Virus record (IMG/VR): IMGVR_UViG_3300025723_000018
Direction: 5' to 3' (one strand)
Length of the DNA stretch: 64,000 nucleotides
Source of the DNA: an uncultured virus (IMG/VR IMGVR_UViG_3300025723_000018)
Taxonomy: Duplodnaviria; Heunggongvirae; Uroviricota; Caudoviricetes
Positions within the stretch are counted from its first letter, which is position 1, and each line of letters starts with the position of its first letter. Below are positions 18,625-33,600 of the stretch, in pieces. The position numbers and the translations under genes were made by a program. The notes beneath the pieces were generated by a model that was given only the letters and a program-made list of their open reading frames with translations, made no database searches and was not told the DNA's origin.

Positions 18625-21600
18625 TTATCCTTTGTCTAATGTTACATTACCGCTGTCGAATGTTACTTTAGAACTATCTATAGTTAGTTTTCTGTTGTTG
18701 TTAAATCCAGTATACCATATACCCGGAGTGGCCTTAAGGAAAGATGCAATATTACTTACATCATTCAATATATTAACAGGATTAGCAGAATGGTCGCCGT
18801 CCCACGACTGGCCGCTCTTTCTAATTATCGTAATTTGAGTACCTTGTGTAACTACGTTTGCCAATGTTATTACTGATCCTGCTGTAGTTACATTAGAAAC
18901 AACAAATTCTTTAGCAAACTTTTCATCGCCGTCTTTAATTGTACCAACTGGATCTGTATCAGAGATAGGAATTGTTGGACTGTAAGGAGCTAAAGTAGGA
19001 TTGTAATGAACATAATCATATTTTTTCAATCTTCTTAAGTCATCCTGTCCGCCTACAAATACTTCAAATAATGAATTATAGTCTGTAAAAGTAGGATCTA
19101 ATGTAAATCCAAGGTCTAGATTGAATGTTGTAGTTACTCCATCTGAAATAATTGGCCTCACATCGGTAATATCACTGTACGGGATAGTAGAATCTGTACC
19201 AATATCTTGTACACTTGTTCCTACATTACTATAAGATCTAACACCAGTTCCTAAAGTTCCCCTACGTAACTGACTTAATATATTAAGATCTTTCTTAAAA
19301 TATTCGATACGTTCACCGGCAATTTCTATCACACCTGGTTTGTTAGTTGAAGGGTTTGGTGTTGTTAAAACTGTTCCATCTTTAACTACAATTTGTGTGT
19401 CATACCAATTTAGCTCTTGTGCCAATAGTGTATGTCGGTTGAGTGCCAGTCTCTTATAAACAGTTCTGTTCAACATGTCTTTAAACTGCATGTATGAAAT
19501 TCCAGGTTGTGGTACATTGTTGTTAAACAATAACACTGAAATCTTATCAGTTGGGGCAGGTGGAACTGTTAATTGCACACTTTGGTGATTTGATAGCATC
19601 TGATAATCAATTAACGGAGTTAACAAACGTCCGTTTTGAATAATCCAAGCATATTCTTCGTCAGGTACAGTATGATTTAAATTGATAATTCCACGTGTTG
19701 CATCTTGATAACGATAATAATCAACAGATCCTGGTATCGAAGATACTAATGAAGAAATATTAACTGTAGTTCTTTCAAGATCTAATATATCATGATTATA
19801 AGATGTTAATACTTGAATTTTATGACTGCTATCATAAGAATTATTTAATGTTAAATCTCCAGTTGTAGAATCATAAGAATACTCTGCATTGGTTCTAATA
19901 CTAACAACTAATTGTTTTCCTATATTCTTATCACGTATTTTTTTACGCAACGTCACTGTAAGGCCAGTTAGGTCAACAACATATTCTTTATTCAAAGCTA
20001 TTAACTTTTTATCAATATACACCCTAACATCTGAATACTGAACAGCATTTAAAGTAAACTGGTCAGCTGAAATAGTATAAGCAAGCGTATCAGATGTTAT
20101 TGTAAAATAACTATTAGCAGGAGCTTCCAATACAGTATTGTCAACTATTACAATCATATTTGATTCTGCAGGTAAACCAACACCAACAGGATTATCTAAT
20201 TTAAATGTATTCTGAGGTATTGCATACAACGGTAATAACTCAGTTTGCGTAACTGCAACCGTTTGAATAGCACTTGCTACGATAATATAGTTTATTACAG
20301 ATCCTGCTGCAGGAGTTACACTAAAACGCAAACCAATCATACCGCCTAACGAGTATGTATTGTCTGTTTTAAACAATATAGGATTTACTAATACACCATT
20401 TAAATAAATTACAGATGAAACAGTATCCAGCCATTTAGCTCTGGTGATAAATTCTGATGTAATTCCATCACAAATAAAATAATCACCGTCTAAAATATTT
20501 TGACCATTAATACCAATAGTAAAAATACTAATAATTTTATTAGCTGCAGGTGGTTGAACAAAAACAATTCTGTTCTGATTAAATGAAACATTATAATCCA
20601 CACCCGCTACTTTAATTACATTATCAACTTTTACTACAATCGCACCTGGATTGTTTAATAATTGACTGTATGCAAATGTTAATAAGCTACCATCGCCAAC
20701 ATAGTTGTCAATTTTAACTTTTGCTCCAGCATTGTATGTTTGATCGTATACTTTAATAGCCAATGTATCAACTACTTGTCCTGGCATTACTTCTTCTGGA
20801 GCAGGACTAGATGTTGGTGTTACTAATCCGTCACCATCAATGATAATATCATCTGCTAAAATACCAGTTGCTGTAGTATAAGCTAAATCGCCGCCAGTAA
20901 TCGATGTATCATAATCTTGATCAGCAGGTGCAACTGATCCATCACTAGATGCTTGACGAATAACAAATTCATCACCAACAGTCACTGGATAACTATCAGA
21001 TATTGTCACAACTGTATTTGCTGTAGAAGAATTAACCACTTGTCTAATTGTAGCAGTTGCTGTAGCGGTTTCAATACCTTGTTCAAATGTAATAGTTGGA
21101 TTATTTAAATATCCACTACCTGGATTTGCTAATACAACAGAGTCCACACCATAAACTAAAGTAATTGTTGCATTTTGACCAGTGCCTCCCATTAATGATT
21201 GGCTGGCTTCATCAACTCCACCTTCATATATTGTTGAAGACAATATTTGTAATTCATCAATTGGTCCAATTTCTGTAAAGCTGGCTGTTCTTGTTACTTG
21301 TAAAATAACAGCACTCGAACCAGTAATAGTAGTCGAAGCGGTAGTTAATTTACGATTTAATGTCCAGAAACTGCCATTGCCAGTTCCATGACTAGACGGA
21401 TCAAGGCCTGTAATGTATGTTATATCAACGCTAGAAACTGTACCAACTACAAATGTTTGCGATAACACCGTGGTGTTTTCATAAGAAACAGAATGGTCAG
21501 TAACATCAGTAACTATATATTTTCCGTTAAATCCATTAGGAAATCCAGATACTTCTGTATACTGGCCTAATGCAAATGGTATACTAGCACGAGTTGCAAA

Positions 21601-24600
21601 TGTGATAGTTGCGATTGTTCCATCGCCACGGATTCCTGTGCTGATTAATGAATCAAATTGTGCAATTCCTGATCCGGTTAAAATCATTCCTGGATAAATT
21701 TCGCCAGAAGTTATAGTTCCTACAACTAGTGTTGAATTAACTATAGAAGAATTGATCATTGTTACATTAGCAGGACCATACTGTGGAGTTGCTACTAGTA
21801 TGTCGCCAACAGTATAGCCAGTTCCGAGATTGTTTCCGTTATAAGATACATCAACAGCTTTCATTATTGGTGTTGCTGATGCTGTATAACTTGGAGCATT
21901 GAGATCAGAATCGCTAAATGTTATTGCAGGCAACTGAGTATAACGACCCGGACTAGTAACAGTAACTGAAAATACCGGGAACGGTGTTTGCATTTTTGCC
22001 TTAGAATTTTTCTGATCCACTGTTCCAAATTTTGGATCGTCTAATCTTACAGGACTTGTTTTTCCAGTGATAACAATTTCTGCTCCAATTGCAGGAACAT
22101 AAGATAATAATACTACTGTACCGTCGTTATTTACTACCATATCGATTGTATCTTTTAGTAGTTTAGTAAACTGTATCGAATTGCCATTAACAATTGGATA
22201 ATAATTATTAATTTGTGCAGGATCCTTAAAGATTACAGAATTTAAAATTAAACTTACAGTACCAATTGTAGTTGAAGGTGCTTGCAACAAACTTGTAAAA
22301 CTTACAAAATTAAATGATGCATTGGTGACTTTATAAATGCCGTTGTAAGAATTTGGAATAAATCCTGTTACAATAATAGTAGTACCAGATTCAAATGGAA
22401 CATATTTTTGAGTGTCAAACGTTATTGTAACTGTGTGACCGTCACCACTAATATTGTTTGCATTTAAAGTAGTAGAAGAATCTGGTGTTCCTAATGTAAT
22501 TGTATTTGTATTAGTGTCAATATTTTCAACTACCGTATCGTATGCAAATACTGATACAGCATCTGAAGTAACAACATCTCCTAAATTAATTCCATCAACG
22601 CTATTTAAAGTAAGTTTATTACTACCAGCATAGTTATATGTAAATGTTAATACGCCTGTTGGTGTACTATCAGGAGCTTTACTCAAAGTTAATGTTTTAT
22701 TAGTATAATCAACATACGTCACTGTTTGTCCGCTAGTAAAACCTGTTCCAACAACAGCCATTCCTATTAAAATTCCAGTAGCGTCGGAAACAGTAAGTGT
22801 AGTATAGTAACTTCCTACTGGGTTGTACGTAGTTGTAGGTCCTGCAGCTGTTTTTGTAACTACTGATGTTACAACTACGGTAGTAGCTAAAATATTATAC
22901 TCAAATTTAATTTGATTAGAGTTCAGTGCAGATATGGTTGTTCTATCTTCAGTACTTGCAGCATGATATACGTTTATTTCAGTACCAGGATTCAATTGAT
23001 AAGGTAGTGTAAAAGATCTAAGTTGATCTGCAGTAGCTGTAACAAAATAGTCAGTATAATTACTATCAAAATTATCCCAAGTATCAGTTCCAAATGGGTT
23101 TGAATCCCAACCGTGAATACTATTAAATCCTAAACCATTAACTTGTACGCCACCATAATCAGTTCCAGTTAATAACTGTGTAAGATCTTTTCCTAGTTGG
23201 CCACTTGTTGGATTATAGTAATATTGAATGCGGTCAACAGCATTTAATAAAGATTGATTTATCTTATATGTAACAACTATAATACTCTGATTAGACGGAG
23301 GTGTTAAAAAAGTAATAACTCCAGTGTAATGTGTATAGCCGTTATATTTTGCTTTAATAACAGAAAGTTTATAATTTTCTCTAAGTGCAGGTATGCCATT
23401 GATAGTAACTGTATTTTGACCAATACGTGTATCAGGAGCCCAAGTCAACGCCCATTGCAATCTGCTACCAGAACCAGTGAACGTTTGTGTTTTTTGTAAT
23501 ACTGTATTATAATACGTATAGTCAGTTCTATCAAATTTTATTCCAATTAACGAACCACGAACTACACCTTTACCAATAACAGCAATTACCCTGGCTGATA
23601 TTCCTATTGGGCCAAGTCCTCCTGAAATAGTAACTGTTGGGGTAGACAAGTATCCTGTTCCAGGATTAGTTAATACTATTCTACTTACAGCACCATTAAC
23701 TATAAATGCCTGAGCTGTTGCACCAGAACCACTTTCGCTAGTTATAATAACTTGTGGAGGAGTTATATAATTAGAACCTCCGCTGATAATAACAAGATCT
23801 GTAACAACAAATCCTAAATTATCATTCCAGAATTTCCAAGGATAAGTTTGTATAACAGAGTTATTAGAAGATACACCAGTTCCGTCAAATATAGTATCAA
23901 CTGGTACAACTTTGTTATTTGAATAAACAGGTTGTAAATCAAAATCAGTAATGGCACTTTGTCCAACTTCTAAACCTGTGTAGTTGCTAATATATTCTCT
24001 TAATTTTGTTCTGTATGGTTTAACTTCTGAAACATAATCTTCAAAGTTAGCAATATTATCAACAGGGTAGTTTACTGGTTGATCTAACTTACCTACATTA
24101 TGTGTTGCACGAACAAAACTAGTTTTAAATGCCCAATCAATATATACTTGTTCACTATGTGCATAGTGTATTGCAGCAATGAACAAGTCTAAATAGTTTT
24201 GTTTTAAATTACCAATAAAGATATTTTCTTTAATTGTATTAAGAATAATTCTTAATTCTGTACTAGCAACAACATCAAAACTTCCGCCATCAAATATGTC
24301 GCTGTCATAACCAATATTAGTAGATTCAAAGTTGTAAAGTTTAGTACTTAATTGTATTGTACCATTCTGTATACCTACTATGTTATAACTTTGAGTCCAA
24401 TCAACACTGGTCGAATTTGCATATTTTTCTAGTAACAACCAACCGCCTGCATTTACTGTACGAACTTTTACTAGTTCGCCTATTTTAGATTGAAGAGTGT
24501 TTAACCCTACAAATGTATCCACAGCATGATCTGGAGCACTATACTGACTATACCCAGTTGCATACCAATCAACATAATTCCAATAATTTCTCACATCATA

Positions 24601-27600
24601 TGCTTGTGTAAGTATACGTGACCATATCTTAGATGTAGTATCGTATGCATAGATACTCCAATTATTGTTGGCAACACTATCGCTTTTTACTAACACACAA
24701 TAAGTTCTTACTGTTAATGTTGTATTACTAATATCGTAGCCAAAGCCTCCGCTGACTACTGACACATTAGTAATTTGTCCTAGGCTATTAATTGTTGTTT
24801 TAAGTACAGCATTTTTTCCCGGACTATCGATAGTTACTGTAGGTGCAATTAAATAACCGCTACCTGCAAAAGTAATATCTATACTTGTAATTGTACCGTT
24901 AGTAATTACAGGATTTAAAATTGCTTTTCTAAATGATGTAATATTCAAATATGGTAACTCTGCATCAGTGTCAAGAGTATTATCATATAGACCTGATATC
25001 ACTGTTGGAGGAGTATCGTAGCTTTCTAAAGCACTAATATTATAGTTTTCACTAATTTGATTTAAAATCAATGTTCTGTTTGTACGTTCTACAAACTCTT
25101 TAAGAGCTTCAATACGATTTACAAACATACTTTGACGTGGACGATTCTCTACACCATATCGTAGTTTAGGAGGCTGAGTCAAATCTGGAACACCACGTCC
25201 TGCCGAATCAACACCGCATAAACTATCAAACCATTTTTGTTCTAATGTCAACGGTAAATCCACAATAGGATCGTTACTAATTAATTTCCATTGACTATGA
25301 ATATTCTGATCTGTTTTATTTGTTAACCAATACTCTACCGCTAGTACTACATCTTTATCTTTCAAATACTGACGAGTATTAGTTAAACTAAATGAATCCG
25401 GACCTAACAAAGACAAGTAAGAATAACTTTGTCCGCGAGGGTTAGCAATTAAACTGGCAACATCCAATGCTGTAATATTACGTCCCGGTACATGCGGAAC
25501 TACTGATTTATTTTTAACCCAGAAATAATAAGTCTTAACAAATGCTTTAGTAAGATTATTATATTGCTGTCTTACGCTGTATACATTATTGCCATATAAA
25601 CTTGTACCGCTTATACCTAAAGCAAGTCCAGCAGGAGTATCTGCTTGTGCATCCCACTGAGCTGGCAATAATTTTGATTCAACCCATTCGTAAATATCTA
25701 TACTTGCACCTGGGGCTAGTTTGTTCCAACTATTATTTCTATAATTTACATCATCAAAATAAGATTCAACAAACTTGGCGGTACTTAAATTCCACCATAA
25801 CTGACCAATTTGATTCTTTGACCAGTAACTTGAGTTATCTGCATTAACATTAACAGATCCTGGATTATCAGAATACACCGCAGGATCATAGAAAGATTTA
25901 TATTTTATTTCTTCATCTGCAACGCCTGCAATTTTTCCTTGCAATGGATCAATAGTATCTAAGTAAGATACAAGTGTTCCAAGATTTTTATTATATAAGA
26001 ATGCTTTCTTAACTCGGCTAACAATTGGAATCAAACTAGATGTCTTATCAAGAGTCCAGCTGTATTTGTCAGACGGTTTAACGTAACTATAAACTTGTCC
26101 AGATTGAATATGTGTCTGGTCAGTTGCATAAGGTGCACCGACTACTACCGTATTATCGCCTGCAGAGAATCCAATTCCATATCCATCAGAACTTGTGTCT
26201 GCACTTTGCAAACTTTCACTAAACACCCACTTGTCTCCATACATATCATATATGTCAACTCGTCCACTACCTATTTGTGTTTGGACAAATAGTGTAGAAT
26301 TTTTATCATAGGTGCTAGGTGTAGTTGCCTGAGAAGTTGTATCGCTAAGATATGGATTATCTTGATTATTTTCTAATGTTTTAGCATAAGAATCAAACGT
26401 TGTTGTTATAGAAGCATTGCCACTTTGACTATAAACAGCAATAGTTTTGCCTCCATTCATAAACGCAACCTTGTTTCCAAAGTGTCCTTGAATTTCTGAA
26501 TAATGATCTACTAGTGTTTGATATGGAGTTGGGCCATATTCAGCTCCGTTAAATTTATAAACATTAACAGTTCCATTTTGTGTACCATCTCCAACAACAA
26601 TATATACTCCGTCATCTGAAACACTTAAACTTGTTCCAAAAGAAACATCAGTACCTGAAATTGGCTGTAAAGTAATTCCATTTTTAAAGATTTGTACAAT
26701 ACCATTTCCGTTGCCATCTTCTGTACTAATAGCAATGATTGAATTATCAGCACTTACTTGAATATTTCTTCCAAAATTATCCCCAACAGTAGTACCTGCA
26801 AGGAAAGAGTTATATCCCCAATCTATAGTTTTAAACGTTATTGTACCATCTGGGGTTCCAGTAGGAGGTGCGCTTAAAATTAATGTAGTTGTACTTAATA
26901 TTTGTAAAACATATTGTCCACTGATAAATCCTGTACCAGTAACTAGCATACCTGGGCTTACATTATATAAAGGAATTGGATTAGTAGATGATACAACTAA
27001 TGTAACTCCCGAACTTCCTACAGGATTATATGTTGCAGATACAGATTTTTGTACACCATAAGATAATTTATAAACTCTTCCGACATTATTTGTTAATCCA
27101 TCGTATGAGCTTCCGCCTAATGCTCCAACATATAAAGAATCTTGTCCAAAAACTAAAGTTGCACCAAAGTTTTCATTATCAACAGGATCTTCACTTATGA
27201 TTGTATCGACAATAGAGTAAAAATTATCATTATTCTTTTTATATAAAGTAACAATACCTTGACCCACTGTTGTCGAATCATAGGCTTTTATTTGTTCAAT
27301 AGCAACACCAGTTCCGTTAAAGACAAAACCAGTTCCAGTAATTGGCGCATCTGCAATAAATGCTGTTCCAATTGCATTTGAACTAGCACCTGCTAACAAG
27401 AAATTGCTAGTGCCTTGGAATATAATAACGTATGTTGATCCAGATTGTAGATCAGTTGCTAAAACTTTTCCGCTTTGACGAGCAACAAACGTATCACCTA
27501 CATTGTAAGTTACACCAGTAGTGTTTGCAATGTAGTTCCAATCTGTTGTTCCTAGAACACTAATTTCATAAGTATTACCAATTGAAAAATATCCTGATTC

Positions 27601-30600
27601 AATTAATTGACCGTATCTGTTAATTTCTGAAGGAATGTAAGAAATTTGTTGCCAAGATGGTTGTCCGTTAACTGTAAAATTAGAAATTGCTCCATTCTGG
27701 TCAACCGACGATACTGTTAATATAAAGTCATTGACCACATTGACTCCTCCTAACTGACTACCAAGGACTGTAATCGTATCTCCAATAGAATATCGTGTAC
27801 CTCCAAGGGCGCCTGAATTAGGAGCAATCCTATATCCGTAAGGAGGAGTTATGATACGTAATGTTGCACCTGCTCCTGATATAACTGATCCACTAACACC
27901 TGGCGTAGTTTTTGCTAGTAAGATTCCGTTGTTTAGTGTAGAAGGAGAACCAGAAATAGTTATAGCAGCATTTAATTTTATACTAGAAGTTGTTGTAACA
28001 CCATCTGTTGGTATAGTGATTGTTAAATCGTCGTCTGGAGATATTCCACCTAACTGAGTTCCTGAAATTTTTATTTTGTTACCTGGAGCGTAGCCAATAC
28101 CGCCATATTTTATAACTACATTATAGTATCCTGCAGTTGGCACTGTGGCATCTCCAATTACTCTTGTAGCTGTTGGAACAACAACCACGTCAAAGATTGC
28201 ACCTGAACCTAAACTTGTAGTAGTTGCACTGAAATCAGTAACAATATATTCATGTTGAATAGCGGTAAGAGTTCTGTATAAAGAATCTCCAAGTTTTACA
28301 ATACTGTTTGAACCGTAGTCAAGTGAAGAATTGTATTCTCCTTTGTAGCTAGACGAAACTGATCCAGCTGATTTTGATCCTACAGCAAGCCAAGTACCAT
28401 CTGGGCTAAAGGCTATGGCACTAACCGGAGTATTATCTGATATAGAAGATACTGTTGGAGCTGATATTAATTGTTTTTCAGCCCATGATAAGTTTGACTG
28501 AGCACGATAATATGTAACAACATTACCTCGGTTATCGCCTACAGCTAACATGTCTCCTTTTTTGTTTACAGACACACGTAAACCAAAATTTGTTTCATCG
28601 CTTGGAAAACTATTGTTAACTAAAAATTCGCTGTACACTGGATTATATTTCCAAGTACCCCAAGATTTACTGCCAGCATCATCTGTCCAAACAATTTCTC
28701 CAGGTAGTAAATCTTTTTTTATAACACTATCGAGATTATTAATAGATGTAGTTCGTTGACTAATCATAGCAAACACTACCATTCTATCTTGTTCAACAAA
28801 AGGATTTATCCAACCGTTAACAGTTTTAGATATTACAAAAGAATTTAGATTAACACTTTCAACTTTATAAAAACCGCTAAATTGCGAAACTTGGCTTATG
28901 CCTATATACATTCCAGCTGTTATTCCTGACAAATATTTTGTAGAAATTGTTATCTGTTTAAGAGTAGGATTGTATATTGCATTTTCTACTGTTATATTCA
29001 TATCAGTATAGCGATACACATTCCAACTGTTACCTTCAAATGCTACCCATACACAATCTCCATTATTAAACTTAGTAATGTCTTGTGTAGTTAATTCGTC
29101 TATAGTTCCTAAACTTAATAATACGTCTGCTGGGTTAACATAACCTGCACTACGTAACAATGGCTTGTAAGGATTAGTATCATCAAACACAGGAAACGGA
29201 TTAGAATTGTATCCTGCTGGTTTTAGATATACATCTTGTGCAGCTTGTTGAATAACAAAATCATTAATAGATGAATCGTAATGTTGTACTAGTGCTACAG
29301 CTTGAGGATTACTATTAAAATTGCCTTCATCTAATACAAACTCAACATCTTCAAATGCACGATTGGCACCATATTGACCAACACGTAACGCCCACTCTTC
29401 GTAGAACATTAAACTTTCTGCGTTGTCTGAACTTAAAACATTAAACAACTTATTAAGAACATTTTGTGTTCCTTTTTCACGAACCATTCCTTGATAGAAT
29501 TTAAATTCGCTAACATCATCTTGAATAATATTTTCAAGATATTGACGTTTTTGATAGCCAATTAAATGTTGTGCCATCTTTTGTTGTTGAGAGTCAAAGT
29601 TATCAACTTCTAAACTATAGAAATCTGTAAATTGTGTTGCCAAATTAGTCCAGTTTGGCATAATAACTGGGCTAGGTGTTTTAGACATTACAGACCAATC
29701 GCTAGAAACAAATGTGTCCGACCCTGCTAAAAATTTATTTGCACTATAATAATGTCCTTGATGTAGAATTATGTCTCCCATATTATAGTCTTGCCATGGT
29801 TGCCAGCTATCTACACTAGCAGCATCAAATATAAATCCAGGAATATCTAATCCGCCATACCAGTTAGTGGTTACATAACCACTTACCTTAATACGTTCAC
29901 GTCTATATCCGCTTGGAGGATTGTAAATTACATCATTAAAAATATCAGTATTTTTAATTGTAACAACGTGTTCGTTTTGTATTAAGTAAAAACTAGCACT
30001 ATAAATTCCATCAGTTGTTCTTGGAGCATAGGTAATAGTGTTACCTTCTCTATAACTGTCCATTTGTTTAGGAGAAATACTAGTTCCGTCTACTTTAAAA
30101 ATTTCGTAATTATTAAACTTGTTACTAATATCATCAACTACAGTTAGTGTAGTTGTAAATGTTACAGCAGCCGCGCTTGGGCTTAAACTGATAACACTTG
30201 CTCCTGCAGCACTTAACCCATCTAATTTATTAAAATCGTCTGCGTTAAATTCGGCGCTAGGAGGAATATTAGTTATAGCACTATAGTAATTTCCGTTATA
30301 TCTTAAAATAGTTCCATAAGAAATTGCTTGATTTGGTTTCCAATCACTCCACTTTTCTTGACCAGTGCTCCAGTTCTGTGTACTCCAAAATAAAAATTCT
30401 TTTGCACTAGTTTCCCAGTTTAACACAGATTCAAGATTGCTATTATAGTCATCAAATACAAATCCTTGGTTTTTTAAATATTCACCATAGCCTAGTAAGA
30501 AGTCTACTACTTCCTGAGCAGAACTAAACTCTGTTCCATAGGGTACAGTAATTAAAGTTGAGCGATCCCAAATTTTTCTAAAAATAACATCAACGCCGCC

Positions 30601-33600
30601 TACAGCAGGCAAGCCAGGTAATACTTGGAAATATTGTGTATCAAATGTTGACTCGGTATTAGCAACTACTGTTCTATAATATTTGTTATTATATTCAACA
30701 ATAGACCCTACAATATATTGTTGGCCTGGAGTCCAAACAGAATATGTTTGACTTATTCCGCCGACATTTATTGCTGATCCTGATTGCTGGAAATCATAAT
30801 AATAAAAATACGGTTGCGTTCTACTATATCCACGGACTTGATATCCTGTCTGAAGTTTAGTAATCATTACACCGCTGTAAGTTAATTTCTTAACAGGGCT
30901 ACTTGTGTTTAAGAATATACTATAATCTTCCTTTGGAATGAATACATTTCCAGTACTCATCGGAGTTTTACTTTCTAGTAAAAGATTAAATTGATCTTGA
31001 TTTGTAAATGCACCAACACGATAACTTAGTTGTGCTGTCATTAATGCCAAATCAGTTTCGTAACTGTTATAGCTAGCAAGATTATTACTAAAAATATAAT
31101 TTAAAATAAGATCTATAACATAGTTAATAATACCAGATGTTTGTACTCTGTTTTCACTAGAATATATGCTTGGCAGAATTATATCCATTGGACGTAGACG
31201 CAAACCAGTGTCTTTATAAATCAATTGACCGGCGAGATTTCTAACAATTCTGCTTCTATCTAATAATGTTCCAAATGTTTTTGCAGGAGTTAATAATAAA
31301 CTGGCTGCAATAACACTGAACGGATAATAACTACTTCTACGCCAAGCATTCTCAACTGGCGCAACATCACCGAATACATAATCGCCATCAACACTTGGTG
31401 TAATTGGACCATTGGCTAACCCTGTTATTGTTGGGTTTAATAAATTACCAGACTCGTCTACTGGAATGCAGTTCATTAAGAAAGGTTTAGCATATTTGGT
31501 TTGATATACTAAAGGTTTTCCAGGTTCTCTAATTATACCTTCAGATATATCTTGCCACATTACAAGATTATCTTTAGTGTAAGGAGAAGGCCCATAGACA
31601 CTAATCCACCAGCTAGGCATAATACTAAACCCTAGCATTTCCCAAGGACAAATGTTTGGACGGTCAGTGTCTAGCAAATATTTGTAAATACCTCTCCAGT
31701 ATCCTGGTATCTTTCCACCAGTAGGTCCAGTACTACGTTTGTAGTTGTATGTAAATGGATTTCCAATATCGTAGCTTAGAGGTTTAGTAAAATCGCTACC
31801 AATTAATCCTGTCCATTTATAAAAATTAGGTGCTAATACTTGTTCAAATTCTACTCGGCTATAATCATTTGTTCTATTATAACTAGGAATAATATCATTA
31901 ATATCAAAAATAGTAGGATCGTATTGAACTTTTATGTTATTAAAAATACGTTTTTCTAATTCTAAAATAATATCATCTCTGTAGTCATTGTATGCTAAGA
32001 CTAAACTTCCGTCATGTCCTTGAATAATGTTTACAGGAGTCAATAATGTAGTGTCTAAGTATTTCTTTGGTTCATACTTTGGCCACATTCCTAATTTTGT
32101 AGGTGTTGATGGGATAAAACAACCGTCAGTACTTTCATATTCGTAGGTAGTTATAGTATCACCGGTAACTAGAGAATGTATTATATCAATAAATCCTTGA
32201 CTATCAAAAGTATAGTCGGTTCCATACACAAGTTGTACTTGATTTAAATATACACCAACCGCTTTATTAGACATTGTGTCTAAATTGAATACAGTTGTAA
32301 GAGGATACTTTTTAATTCTACCGTCAACAACAGGCAAATCTGTTACTAATTTTGCACCGTATGGAACCATATCGGTAAAATAATAAGGTGCTGTATTTGG
32401 TTTGTTGGCATTAATTTTTTGTAAAATTAAATCAACCATAGTAACTGGATCTGCATCTATACCTAAGTTAGAAGCAATAGATAAGAAATTACGTTTAAAA
32501 TTATTGTAATCATCTCGAGCAGTTTCAATTGCTTTAATTACATTTGTATTTTCACTTGTTATATGATATAAGCTAAGACTTAATGGTCCACTATGTTGCA
32601 CAAAACGTGTACCGTATTGTGTTATATTACCAAGATCCCTTAAATCGCTTTCACCCGGAAAAGCTCCAATAAAATCAATATTGTCTACGATTGTGTTTAC
32701 ATGATCGGTAACTTCACCTAATGTAAAGTCCGCCATACTATCGTTTAATGGATTATTTTGTAAATTAATCGGTATTTCATAATAACCGTTAGAATTTATA
32801 GGCTGTGCAGCAAATGCTTTAATTGTCAACACATCTGTTAACGATATTGCTGTGTTTAATACAATTTTTTTATAAAGAGTAGTATCAACTAACTTCCATT
32901 CGGTAGAATTTAATCTTTGCCCGTTAACATAAATGCGAACAACTAAATCTGAAAGATTTGTAATATCGTCAAATATATCTAAATTAAAATTATTTGTAAT
33001 CTTAGAATTTTTATAAATTCTAACAGCGGCTTGTACAGTTTTAGTATTGCAAATTTGCCAACCGTTCTGGTACATAGGACGGCCTGCATAGTCTTGTCCT
33101 ACTAAAAATCCTACATCAATTTTTTGTGTAATAAGATTTGTAGTTTGTTTGTATTGAAAACTATCAGTTGCTAGATTAAAATTAAAAACTATATCACCAA
33201 TGTTTGCTACATTTTGATAGCTTAATGGAAAACCTAAAACGCTATCATTGATACTATTGCCAACTTTGTAAGAAAATAACTGTGTGCCTTTGAAGGTAGA
33301 TCCATTATATACACTGGTATCTCCGTAACTAATTCCATTGTTGTCTACTATATCAAACAATGGCGCTTGATTGGTATTAGTTTTTTGTTGTGCTTCTACC
33401 CAAGTTGTTCCATTAAACCAGAACATTTGGCTATAATAAGTTTTACCAGATTTAATTATAGCTGTTTGTCCAACGGTAGGAGTTTCAGCTTCTACTAAAT
33501 GAATTTGTTTACTACCAGAATTTAAATGACGCAGATCTACAAAAGTTACTTCGTAAACTTTATTAACAACTAATGGATCAATATCAGCTGTAACTAAAAT